Counted from the stretch's first letter, positions 8,712-16,787 are shown. The stretch: DNA of 64,000 bases from Actinomycetes bacterium (GCA_046565705.1 JBKHYE010000114.1:2164-66163); one strand, 5' to 3'. Notes: a model not told the origin generated them from the letters alone. Program-made: numbers and translations.

Positions 8712-8765
8712 AAGATCTTCTGCACTTCGGACACGCCAGGACGTGTCGGAACTGCAGAAGATCTT
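8712..8765. repeat. Palindromic element copy 1 (24-nt arms, 6-nt spacer); probable bidirectional terminator
   Basis: AAGATCTTCTGCACTTCGGACACG-CCAGGA-CGTGTCGGAACTGCAGAAGATCTT, with 22/24 arm complementarity. It lies between the convergent 3' ends of tag (plus the micro-ORF) and pilT. The 40-nt core 8719-8758 is 34/40 identical to 42273-42312. Confidence 0.7.
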
Positions 8766-8780
8766 CGGGGCGGCTCGCGC

Positions 8781-9860
8781 CTAGGCGACCAGGCCCAGCC
8801 GGCGCAGCTCGACGGTGAGGTCGTGCGGGCTCGTACTGGCGGCCATCGCGGCCTCGAGCGTGATGACGCCGTCGCGGATGAACGAGACGAGGTGCTGGTC
8901 GAAGGTCTGCATGCCGTAGTAGCCGCCCTCGGAGATCAGCTGCGGGATGCTGCTGGTCTTGTCCGGGTCGGCGATGGCGTCGGCGATGCGGCCGGTGCCG
9001 ACCGCGATCTCCATGACGACGCAGCGCCCCTCGCCGTCGGCGCGCGGCACGAGGCGCTGGCAGATGATGCCCTTGAGGGCGCCGGCGAGCGCCAGGCGCA
9101 CCTGCTTCTGCTCGTGCGGCGGGAAGAAGTCGATGATGCGGTTGATCGTCTCTGCCGCGTCGGTGGTGTGCAGCGTCGACATGACGAAGTGGCCGGTCTC
9201 CGCGGCCGACAGCGCGGCCTTGACCGTCTCGTGGTCGCGCATCTCGCCGACGAGGATGACGTCCGGGTCCTGGCGCATGGCCGCGCGCATCGCGCTGACG
9301 AAGTCCTCGGTGTCGACCCGGACCTCGCGCTGGTTGACCATCGCCAGCTTGTCGAAGTGCAGCACCTCGATCGGGTCCTCGATCGTGACGACGTGCACCT
9401 CCTTGTTGCTGTTGATGTGGTCGATCATCCCGGCGAGGGTGGTCGTCTTGCCGGAGCCGGTCGGGCCGGTGACGAGCACCAGCCCGCGGGGCTCCATGGC
9501 GAGCGAGGAGAGCACGGGCGGCAGGCCGAGGTCGGTCAGCGGGATCGCGCCGACGCTCACGCGCCGGAACACCAGGCCGCAGGAGCCGCGGGAGCGGAAG
9601 GCGTTCACGCGGAACCGGCCGACGCCGGACAGCGAGTAGGCGAAGTCGGCCTCGTTGGTCTTCTCGAAGACCTCGCGCAGGTCCTCGCGGAGCACCTCGC
9701 GCACCATCTGCTCGGTGTCCCCGGCGGTGAGGTCACGGGTCTGCAGCTTGCGCAGCTTGCCGTCGATGCGCACGCGCGGGGGCGACCCGACCTTGCAGTG
9801 CAGGTCGGAACCGCCGGTCTCCACAAGAGCCCGGAGGAAGGGCTCGATCGAGGTCGTCAC
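8781..9860 (-). CDS. pilT: Type IV pilus retraction ATPase PilT family
   Basis: Walker A GPTGSGKTTTLAGMI, Asp box VVTIEDPIE, Walker B DPDVILVGEMRD, His box ETGHFVMSTLHTTDA. Length of 359 aa is typical of PilT. Confidence 0.9.
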   Translation of the reverse strand: MTTSIEPFLRALVETGGSDLHCKVGSPPRVRIDGKLRKLQTRDLTAGDTEQMVREVLREDLREVFEKTNEADFAYSLSGVGRFRVNAFRSRGSCGLVFRRVSVGAIPLTDLGLPPVLSSLAMEPRGLVLVTGPTGSGKTTTLAGMIDHINSNKEVHVVTIEDPIEVLHFDKLAMVNQREVRVDTEDFVSAMRAAMRQDPDVILVGEMRDHETVKAALSAAETGHFVMSTLHTTDAAETINRIIDFFPPHEQKQVRLALAGALKGIICQRLVPRADGEGRCVVMEIAVGTGRIADAIADPDKTSSIPQLISEGGYYGMQTFDQHLVSFIRDGVITLEAAMAASTSPHDLTVELRRLGLVA

Positions 9861-9921
9861 GGGTCCGTCATCGGCGCGGGGAGCCGCGGGCTTGACTGAC
9901 CCGGCCGGGGGATGTGCGGCT

Positions 9922-10073
9922 GCGGCCCAGGTCGAGAGACGCCGGGGGTCGTGGGCCGGTGATCTCTCCTCCCCCGGCCTGTCGCGACAGGAGCCGCCGC
10001 GAGCGCGGCCTGAATCGCGACACGCCGGGGGACGCCGACCGGCGATCTCTCGTGCCCCGGACTGTCGGGACGC
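9922..10073. repeat. 83-bp tandem direct repeat, 2 copies, in the pilT upstream region
   Basis: Unit A 9922-9990 and unit B 10005-10073 align without gaps at a constant offset of 83 nt, with 52/69 identical. Shared blocks are GCGGCC, GCCGGGGG, CCGG-GATCTCTC, CCCCGG and CTGTCG. Confidence 0.8.
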
Positions 10074-10652
10074 TCACGCAGCCGCCTGGGCGGTCGCGGT
10101 CCCGAGCGGCCAGCGAAGCGGGCGATGACGCCGTACCGGCCGCTGCTCGAACCGCACGCCCGGCACGGCCGGGTACCGCGACGCGAGCCAGATGTGCTGG
10201 CGGACCCGGTCGCAGAGCTCCTCGGGCCGGTGGAAGGCCTCGTCCCATCCGTTGCGGGCGACCTCCAGCGCCACCGCCCGCAGCCCCATCTCGCGCTGCT
10301 TCTCCTTCACCAGCGCGTCCTCCGCCCACGCCGGGACGGGCGTCCCCTCGGCCATCCGGTACTTGGCCAGCCCGTCCGCCTCGACGACCGTCCGCTCGCG
10401 GACGAGCACGAAGTCACAGCGGGCCAGCCAGTCGCCGCGCGGCCCCACGACGTCGACCTGGGTGAGCGGGACCGGCAGGCCGCCGCCGGCGAACGCCACG
10501 CGGTCGAGGGACTCGAGCGGCGACTCCGCCCGTTCGTCGGCGAAGGCGACGACCCGAGCCGCTGCCTCGGCGCCGGCCCACCCGGCGCACCGGTGGAGCT
10601 GGTCCTCGAGGTCGGAGCGCGGCACCCCCGCATGCAGCACGGCGTCCGCCAC
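10074..10652 (-). CDS. DUF559-like endonuclease-fold protein, N-terminally short relative to family (possible remnant)
   Basis: ADERAESPLESLDRVAFAGGGLPVPLTQVDVVGPRGDWLARCDFVLVRERTVVEADGLAKY resembles the C-terminal PD-(D/E)XK-like module of actinobacterial AbiEi/DUF559 proteins (memory). The usual N-terminal HTH half is missing. Confidence 0.45.
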   Translation of the reverse strand: MADAVLHAGVPRSDLEDQLHRCAGWAGAEAAARVVAFADERAESPLESLDRVAFAGGGLPVPLTQVDVVGPRGDWLARCDFVLVRERTVVEADGLAKYRMAEGTPVPAWAEDALVKEKQREMGLRAVALEVARNGWDEAFHRPEELCDRVRQHIWLASRYPAVPGVRFEQRPVRRHRPLRWPLGTATAQAAA

Positions 10653-10686
10653 GACGACGGCCTCCCGGAAGGGGCTCGTGCGACGG

Positions 10687-12147
10687 CTACCGCCGCAGTG
10701 ACGCCATCCAGGCCTCGACGTCGTCGGGGTGACGCGGCAGGGCCGCCGAGAGGTTGCGATGCCCGACCGGGTCGTCGGGGCCCGTGATGACGACGTCGTC
10801 CTCGATCCGCACGCCGATGCCCCGCAGGTCCTCGGGCACGGTGAGGTCGTCGGGCTGGAAGTACAGGCCCGGCTCGACCGTGAGCACGTAGCCCTCCTGC
10901 AGCGTGCCGTGCCGATAGTGGTCGTCGCGGGCGTGCGCGCAGTCGTGCACGTCGATCCCGAGCATGTGGCTGACGCCGTGCAGCGTGTACCGCCGGTAGC
11001 GCTGGTCGTCCTCGGCGAGCGCGGCCTCGGCGTCGTCGAGCACGCCGAGTCGCTCGAGCCCGTGGGCCAGGACCCGCATCGCAGCCTTGTGCGGGGCGAG
11101 GAAGTCCGCCCCCGGCCGGCACTCGGCCAGCGCCGCCTCCTGCGCCTGGAGGACGAGCGTGTAGACCTCCCGCTGCCGGGCGGTGAACGTTCCGCTCACG
11201 GGCAGGGTGCGCGTGACGTCGGCGGTGTAGAGCTCGTGCCCCTCGACGCCCATGTCGAGCAGCACCAGGTCGCCGTCGCGGACCGGCCCGTCGTTGTCGG
11301 TCCAGTGCAGCGTGCAGGCGTGCGCCCCGGCGGCGCAGATCGACCCGTAGCCCACGTCGTTGCCCTCGACCCGGGCGCGCAGGCCGAACACCCCCTCGAG
11401 CCACCGCTCGCTGGTCGCGCGCGCGGCGTCGAGGGAGCGCACGACGTCCTCGAAGCCGGTGATGGTCGCGTCGACGGCGGCCTGCAGCTGGGCGATCTCG
11501 TGCTCGTCCTTCACCAGGCGCAGCTCGGACAGGAACGTGGCGAGCTCGCCGTCCTTGTCGGCGTCGGTGACGAACAGCTCCTCGACGCGCGCGTCGTAGC
11601 CGCGGACGACGCGCGCCTCGGTGCCCTTGAGCAGCTCGAGATCCTCGAGGGGACGGGCGTCGATCCCGAGCAGCGCGCTCTGCGCGGCGAGCGACGGGCG
11701 CGGCCCCACCCACAGCTCGCCGTACATGCGGTCGGTGAAGAAGGCCGGCGTCGAGCGGTCCATCGTCGGCGCCTGGTAGAGCGTGGCGGCGCCGTCGGCC
11801 GCGACCACCAGGACGGCGTCCGGCTCGTGGGAGCCGACGAGGTGGGCGAACTCGGTACCGGGCCGGAAGCGGTACTCGGTGTCGTTCGCGCGGGTCTTGT
11901 AGCCGCCGGTCGGCACGACGAGGACCTCGCCGGGGAAGCGCTCGGCCAGCGCAGCGCGGCGCCGGGCGCGGTACGCGGCGCCGGCGTGCGGCGTCGGCAG
12001 CTGCTCGGTGCGCTCGGCCCAGCCCGACGTCATGAACTCCAGCAGCCGCGGCGGCCGGTCGGGGTCGTGCGAGGCGGTGCCGGGCACCGCCTGCTCGGGG
12101 TCGACGGGGGCGGTCTCGCTCAGCTGGTCACGGGGCTGCTCGGCCAT
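10687..12147 (-). CDS. Xaa-Pro aminopeptidase (M24B, aminopeptidase P family)
   Basis: ATG 12147. M24 metal ligand blocks: DLVLLDMGVEGHELYTADVTRT, HGVSHMLGIDVHD, VLTVEPGLYF, GIGVRIEDDVVIT. Confidence 0.9.
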   Translation of the reverse strand: MAEQPRDQLSETAPVDPEQAVPGTASHDPDRPPRLLEFMTSGWAERTEQLPTPHAGAAYRARRRAALAERFPGEVLVVPTGGYKTRANDTEYRFRPGTEFAHLVGSHEPDAVLVVAADGAATLYQAPTMDRSTPAFFTDRMYGELWVGPRPSLAAQSALLGIDARPLEDLELLKGTEARVVRGYDARVEELFVTDADKDGELATFLSELRLVKDEHEIAQLQAAVDATITGFEDVVRSLDAARATSERWLEGVFGLRARVEGNDVGYGSICAAGAHACTLHWTDNDGPVRDGDLVLLDMGVEGHELYTADVTRTLPVSGTFTARQREVYTLVLQAQEAALAECRPGADFLAPHKAAMRVLAHGLERLGVLDDAEAALAEDDQRYRRYTLHGVSHMLGIDVHDCAHARDDHYRHGTLQEGYVLTVEPGLYFQPDDLTVPEDLRGIGVRIEDDVVITGPDDPVGHRNLSAALPRHPDDVEAWMASLRR

Positions 12148-12217
12148 GCCCGGAGGTTACGTCCGCGGGCGCACGCGCGGCACGTGTGCAGCCAGGCGGA
12201 CGCAACGGGGAAGGGGG

Positions 12218-12985
12218 TCAGCGGCCGGTCCACTGCGGCGGGCGCTTCTCGAGGAAGGCCCGCACGCCCTCGGCGGCGTCCTGCGTGGTGTTGAGCAGCG
12301 ACAGCTGGGCCTGCATCGCCTCGAGGCCGGGACCCAGCGTGGTCTCCATCGCCGCGGCGAAGGCGGCCTTGCCCAGGCGGACGGCGACCGGCGGCTTGGC
12401 GGCCAGCGACGCCACCAGCGCGTCGCGCTCCTCCTCGAGGGAGGCAGCCGGCACCACGCGGGAGATCAGGCCCATCTCCAGCGCCTCCGCGGCGGGCACG
12501 CGGCGGGCCGACAGCATCATCTCCATGGCGCGCTTGGGGCTGACGTGCCGGCCGAGCAGCGCGCTGACCATGAACGGCCACAGCCCCAGGTCGACCTCCG
12601 GAAGGCCGAACGCAGCGGTGTCGGCGGCCACCACGACGTCGCAGCCCAGGACCAGGCCGACGCCGCCGGCCAGGCACAGCCCGTGCACCGAGGCGACCAC
12701 GGGCACCGGGCAGTCGCGCATCGCGAGCACGACCTCCCGGAGCAGCCCGCGACCCTGGTGCACCTCGAGCCCGGTCGCGTCCGGCGCCATCTGCACGAGG
12801 TCAGCGCCGGAGCAGAACACCTTCTCGCCCGCGCTCGTCAGCAGCACGACCCGGCCGTCCTGCAGGTCGTGCAGCGCCGCGAGGATGCCGCGCAGCACCT
12901 CGCCGTTGAGGGCGTTGCGCTTGGACTCGCGGTCGATGTGCAGGCGCAGCACGCCGTCGGCGCGGGTGACGGCCAGGTCGCTCAT
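12218..12985 (-). CDS. Enoyl-CoA hydratase/isomerase (crotonase) family
   Basis: ATG 12985 (MSDLAVTRADGVLRLHIDRESKRNAL...FCSGADL...GLCLAGGVGLVLGCD...EGVRAFLEKRPPQW). ATGA overlap with the stop of the upstream gene. The track ORF 12218..13219 is over-extended. Confidence 0.88.
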   Translation of the reverse strand: MSDLAVTRADGVLRLHIDRESKRNALNGEVLRGILAALHDLQDGRVVLLTSAGEKVFCSGADLVQMAPDATGLEVHQGRGLLREVVLAMRDCPVPVVASVHGLCLAGGVGLVLGCDVVVAADTAAFGLPEVDLGLWPFMVSALLGRHVSPKRAMEMMLSARRVPAAEALEMGLISRVVPAASLEEERDALVASLAAKPPVAVRLGKAAFAAAMETTLGPGLEAMQAQLSLLNTTQDAAEGVRAFLEKRPPQWTGR

Positions 12986-14025
12986 GCGCGGCGGGTCCTC
13001 TCTCGGAGCTCGTCGTCCGGGGCTCCGGCGACGAACGACGGGTCGTCGAGCACCGAACGCAGCAGCGGCAGGTTGGTCGGCACGCCGGCGACCTCGAAGG
13101 CGGCGAGGGCGGCGCGCGCCCGGTCGAGCACGGTGCCGCGGTCGGGCCCGGTCGCCGTCACGACGGCGAGCAGCCGCCCGGTGTGCGCGCTCAGCCGGCC
13201 GCCCTCCGACACGCCGCACTCGGCCAGCACCCCGTCGCCCCCGGGCAGGCGGAACCGGCGCAGCCGGCCGCCGAACTGCTCAGGGACCCGGACGTTGAGC
13301 GACACCGCGACCGGCACCCGCGGACCGGCGCCGTCCTCGACCCGCTCGCCGGCGGCCGCGCGCAGCTGCACCTCGAGCGCGTCGGTGCCGGTGACGGCCG
13401 CGGTGGCGGCCGCTCCGGCGGCGGCCAGCGGGAGCACGCCGGTCGCGACCGGCCCGTCCGGACCGCGCACGACCTCGACGGCGTAGGCGCCGGCCGGCGC
13501 ACCTGCCAGGAAACCGACGACGGCCTCGTCGACGGCGGCCGCGGCACCGGCGTCGAGCGTCGGGTCAGGCTCCTCGTCGACGACGGCGCCGAGCCGGCTG
13601 CGGCGGCCGATGGCGCGGGCCGCCGCGCCGTCGTGCAGGACTGTGACGACGGTCCGCGGCCCCGCGACCGGCGCCTCGACCGACCGCGCGGCCGCCGGTC
13701 GGTCGGTCGGCGCGCCGAGCCAGATGAGCCCGGCCTCGACGACGGCGCCGGCGAACGCGGCGTCGGTGGCCAGGGCGCCGGCGCCCGGGTGCACGGCCTG
13801 CGCACCGCAGCGCTGCGCCGCCTCGAGCAGCTTGCGCGCGTCGCCGTAGGTCACGGCTGTGGTGCGGCCGCCGAGCGGGACGGCGTCGTCGGCCTGCCGC
13901 ACGTGCGGCGACCGGCCGTCCTCGTCGCCGTGCACCGCGATGGTCTGGATGTCCAGGCGCTGGCAGGTGCGGATGACGCGGACAGCGGTCACGCCGTGGT
14001 CGACGACGATCACGGTGTCGAACAC
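12982..14025 (-). CDS. Degenerate biotin-carboxylase-like protein (N- and C-terminal BC domains, ATP-grasp core eroded, no BCCP)
   Basis: Last 347 codons of the 780-aa track ORF. GTG 14025 has GGAGG 11 nt upstream. VFDTVIVVDHGVTAVRVIRTCQRLDIQTIAVHGDED...AVHPGAGALATDAAF parallels LLVANRGEIAVRVLR...AVHPGYGFLSE of the genuine enzyme at 55044..57056. It lacks GGGGKGM and EMNTRLQVEHPVTE. Confidence 0.7.
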   Translation of the reverse strand: MFDTVIVVDHGVTAVRVIRTCQRLDIQTIAVHGDEDGRSPHVRQADDAVPLGGRTTAVTYGDARKLLEAAQRCGAQAVHPGAGALATDAAFAGAVVEAGLIWLGAPTDRPAAARSVEAPVAGPRTVVTVLHDGAAARAIGRRSRLGAVVDEEPDPTLDAGAAAAVDEAVVGFLAGAPAGAYAVEVVRGPDGPVATGVLPLAAAGAAATAAVTGTDALEVQLRAAAGERVEDGAGPRVPVAVSLNVRVPEQFGGRLRRFRLPGGDGVLAECGVSEGGRLSAHTGRLLAVVTATGPDRGTVLDRARAALAAFEVAGVPTNLPLLRSVLDDPSFVAGAPDDELRERTRRA

Positions 14026-14085
14026 GACGGAGCTGGTCCTCCTCGCCTGCGCGCTGTCGGGGCGGCCAGCGGCGACACTAGCGAG

Positions 14086-14673
14086 GTGTCCCTCGCCGTC
14101 GTCGCCGTGCTGGCCGCGCTCGCGGTCGGGTGGGCGGCGGGAGGCAGCCTCGAGCGGCTGAGCGCGGTGCCGCTGCGCCGACGCCGGCTGGCCGTGCTCG
14201 CGCTCGTCCTGCAGGTCGGCGGGGTCGTGGTCGGCGGACCGGTGCACGCGCTCGCGCTGATCGCGTCGGCCGGCTGCGTGCTCGCCTTCCTCGCCGCGAA
14301 CCGCGCGGTGCGCGGCACGGGGCTGGTCGCGCTCGGACTGCTCGCGAACGCGCTCGTCGTCGGGCTCAACGGCGCGATGCCGGTCTCGGCGGACGCCGCC
14401 GCCCGCGCCGGTGCGTCCACCGGGGCGCTGCTCGACGGCAGCGACCCGCGGCACGAGCTGTCGGGGCCGGGCACCCGCCTGCCCTGGCTCGGCGACGTCG
14501 TCCCGGTGCCGCTCCCGGTGCGCCCCGAGGTCGTGAGCCCGGGCGACGTGCTCGTGGTCGCCGGGCTGGCCCAGCTGGTGGTGGTCGGGATGCTGCGGCC
14601 GCTGCGCGGCGTCCCGCCGCTGCCGCCCCGCCCTATCCTGGCCGGGTCGCCGGCGCCCCGGCGGCGGCACTGA
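14086..14673 (+). CDS. DUF5317-like integral membrane protein
   Basis: C-terminal 195 codons of track ORF 13183..14673. Multiple TM runs (LAVVAVLAALAVGWAAGG, LAVLALVLQVGGVVVGG, ALIASAGCVLAFLAA, GLVALGLLANALVVGLNG) followed by PGDVLVVAGLAQLVVVG. The family name is from memory and the start is uncertain. Confidence 0.55.
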   Translation: MSLAVVAVLAALAVGWAAGGSLERLSAVPLRRRRLAVLALVLQVGGVVVGGPVHALALIASAGCVLAFLAANRAVRGTGLVALGLLANALVVGLNGAMPVSADAAARAGASTGALLDGSDPRHELSGPGTRLPWLGDVVPVPLPVRPEVVSPGDVLVVAGLAQLVVVGMLRPLRGVPPLPPRPILAGSPAPRRRH

Positions 14674-14699
14674 CCGCCCCGACCACCAGGAGTCCAGCC

Positions 14700-14774
14700 A
14701 TGGCCAAGCGGGCCCGCAAGCGCAAGGCGCGCAAGAAGAACGGCGCCAACCACGGCAAGCGGCCGAACGCCTGA
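14700..14774 (+). CDS. 50S ribosomal protein bL37 (actinobacteria-specific, 24 aa)
   Basis: ATG 14700 with AGGAG at 14688-14692. It encodes MAKRARKRKARKKNGANHGKRPNA. The ANHGKRPNA tail matches the mycobacterial bL37 peptide as I recall it. It is hidden at the end of the spurious 214-aa track ORF 14130..14774. Confidence 0.75.
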   Translation: MAKRARKRKARKKNGANHGKRPNA

Positions 14775-14792
14775 CGCTGCCGTCCCGGGAGG

Positions 14793-15770
14793 TCAGCGCC
14801 GCGCGGTCTCGGGGTGGCGCAGCCGCCAGCCCGCCCAGGCGCTCTCGACCATGTCGCGCAGGTCGTGCCGCGCCACGAAGCCCAGCGCCTCGCGGATCCG
14901 GTCGGCCGACGCCACCACCCGCGCCGGGTCGCCGGGTCGGCGCGGCGCGAACTCGGGCGTGACGTCGAGGCCGGTCACCTCGCCGATCGTGCGGACGACG
15001 TCGAGCACGCTGGCGCCCTCGCCGCGGCCGATGTTGTAGGTCGCCGAGCCGGCGCCGGCGTCGAGCGCCCGTGCGGCCGCCAGGTGCGCCGCGGCGATGT
15101 CGGCGACGTGCACGGAGTCGCGCACGCAGGTGCCGTCCGGCGTCGGGTAGTCGTTGCCGAACACCTGCGGCCGCTGACCCGCCTCCAGCCGCTCGAACAC
15201 CATCGGGACGAGGTTGAAGACGCCGACGTCGCCGAGCTCCGGGGTCGCGGCGCCGGCCACGTTGAAGTACCGCAGCGCCAGGGTCTGCAGCCCGTAGGCG
15301 CCGTCGCACGCCTGCAGGACCCACTCGCCGACCAGCTTGGTCTGGCCGTACGGCGACAGCGGCTCGCCGGGCGTGTCCTCGGTGACGACGTCGACGTCGG
15401 GCATGCCGTACGTCGCGGCGCTGGAGGAGAAGACGAACCGGTCGACGCCGGCGTCGCGGCAGGCGTCGAGCAGCGTGACCAGGCCGGTGAGGTTCTCGCG
15501 CCAGTACAGCAGCGGGTCGGCGACGGACTCGCCGACCTGCTTCTTCGCCGCGATGTGCACGACGCCGGTGACGCCGTGCCCGGTGAGCGTGCGGCGGACG
15601 AGGTCGCCGTCGAGGATGGTCCCCTGCACGAACGCGGCGCCCGGGTCGAGCCTAGCGGCGTCGCCGGTGGACAGGTAGTCGAGCGCGACGACGCGAGCGC
15701 CGTCGGCCACCATCGCCCGGACGACGTGGGCGCCGATGTAGCCGTCGCCGCCGGTCACGAGCCAGGTCAT
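14793..15770 (-). CDS. galE: UDP-glucose 4-epimerase
   Basis: ATG 15770. MTWLVTGGDGYIGAHVV (GxxGxxG), SSSAATYG, catalytic YGQTKLVGE (YxxxK), LRYFNVAGA. Confidence 0.9.
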   Translation of the reverse strand: MTWLVTGGDGYIGAHVVRAMVADGARVVALDYLSTGDAARLDPGAAFVQGTILDGDLVRRTLTGHGVTGVVHIAAKKQVGESVADPLLYWRENLTGLVTLLDACRDAGVDRFVFSSSAATYGMPDVDVVTEDTPGEPLSPYGQTKLVGEWVLQACDGAYGLQTLALRYFNVAGAATPELGDVGVFNLVPMVFERLEAGQRPQVFGNDYPTPDGTCVRDSVHVADIAAAHLAAARALDAGAGSATYNIGRGEGASVLDVVRTIGEVTGLDVTPEFAPRRPGDPARVVASADRIREALGFVARHDLRDMVESAWAGWRLRHPETARR

Positions 15771-15855
15771 GCGCCGGAGGCTAGGCGGACGTCCGACGGC
15801 GTGCGCGGAGGGTGTGTGTCAGGACGCGGACGCAGCGGGGGTCGGGGGGCGGGGG

Positions 15856-16140
15856 CTACTCGGCGCGGTACTCGACCTGCTCGATCTCGACGCGGACCTG
15901 CTGGATCCGGCTCAGCACCCGCGACCGCAGCTCGTCGGGCGCGTGCTCGCCGCCGCAGCACCGGGCGACGAGGGCCTTGACCGCCTGCTCGAGGCCGTAC
16001 TGCCGCAGGCAGGGCGCGCACTCGTCGAGGTGGATGCGGACCTTGTCGTGGTGCGCGCCGTCGTCCTCGCCGTCGAGGTAGAGGTAGACGGCCTCCAGCA
16101 CCTCGCTGCACGGGGTCTCGTGCGGGTCGCCGCAGCTCAC
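15856..16140 (-). CDS. rshA: Anti-sigma factor RshA/RsrA (zinc-associated ZAS, redox-sensing)
   Basis: GTG 16140 overlaps the sigH stop (GTGA). The 94-aa product has C..H...C..C ligands ([15 protein letters not shown]...[15 protein letters not shown]) and the [13 protein letters not shown] tail typical of RsrA/RshA. Confidence 0.9.
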   Translation of the reverse strand: MSCGDPHETPCSEVLEAVYLYLDGEDDGAHHDKVRIHLDECAPCLRQYGLEQAVKALVARCCGGEHAPDELRSRVLSRIQQVRVEIEQVEYRAE

Positions 16141-16787
16141 GTCTCCGCCCCCTCTCCCGCTGCGCTGCTGGTCTGGGGAGCACCGGCGCGCACGAGCCCG
16201 CGCTCGACCGCGTAGTCGGTGAGCTTGGCGCGCAGCCCGCGACGCCCGCGGTGCAGCCGGCTCATCACGGTGCCGATCGGCGTGCCCATGATCTCGGCGA
16301 TCTCCTTGTAGGAGAAGCCCTCGACGTCGGCGAGGTAGACCGCCATCCGGAAGTCCTCCGGCAGCTCCTGCAGCGCCTGCTTGACGTCGCTGTCGGGCAG
16401 GTGGTCGAGCGCCTCCATCTCGGCGCTGCGCAGCCCGGTGGACGTGTGCGCCTCGGCCGCGGCGATCTGCCAGTCGGTGATCTCGTCGGTGGGCGACTGC
16501 AGCGGCTGGCGCTGCTTCTTGCGGTAGTTGTTGATGAAGGTGTTGGTCAGGATCCGGTAGAGCCAGGCCTTGAGGTTCGTGCCCTCCTCGAACTGGTGGA
16601 AGGCGGCGAAGGCCTTGACGAAGGTCTCCTGGACGAGGTCCTCGGCGTCGGCCGGGTTGCGCGTCATGCGCATCGCAGCGGTGTAGAGCTGGTCGAGGAA
16701 CGGCAGCGCGTCGCGCTCGAAGCGCGCTCGTCGCTGCTCGCTCGTCTCGCGGACGTCGTCGCGCGGGTCGGGGGCGACCGGGCTCAC
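16137..16787 (-). CDS. sigH: ECF sigma factor SigH/SigR (short form; a 64-codon longer form from GTG 16979 is possible)
   Basis: Last 216 codons of the 757-aa track [42 protein letters not shown]...[24 protein letters not shown]...[24 protein letters not shown] is co-linear with M. tuberculosis SigH (216 aa) from memory. Confidence 0.9.
   Translation of the reverse strand: MSPVAPDPRDDVRETSEQRRARFERDALPFLDQLYTAAMRMTRNPADAEDLVQETFVKAFAAFHQFEEGTNLKAWLYRILTNTFINNYRKKQRQPLQSPTDEITDWQIAAAEAHTSTGLRSAEMEALDHLPDSDVKQALQELPEDFRMAVYLADVEGFSYKEIAEIMGTPIGTVMSRLHRGRRGLRAKLTDYAVERGLVRAGAPQTSSAAGEGAET

Noticed and set aside
8519-8734. 71-aa ORF MSEVQKIL... and similar MSELQ... ORFs near 42270-42320 as a conserved small-protein family.
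   Set aside because: The shared MSE(V/L)Q starts are simply translations of the palindromic element arms (GTGTCGGAACTGCAG). The similarity is at the DNA-repeat level, not a coding signal.
12982-15324. Very long track ORFs (780 aa at 12982..15324, 757 aa at 16137..18410, 1109 aa at 55044..58373, 637 aa at 54100..56013) taken at face value.
   Set aside because: Only the 3' portions carry family motifs and SD-preceded starts. The 5' extensions run through other genes' coding regions or promoters and are compositionally shadow-like.
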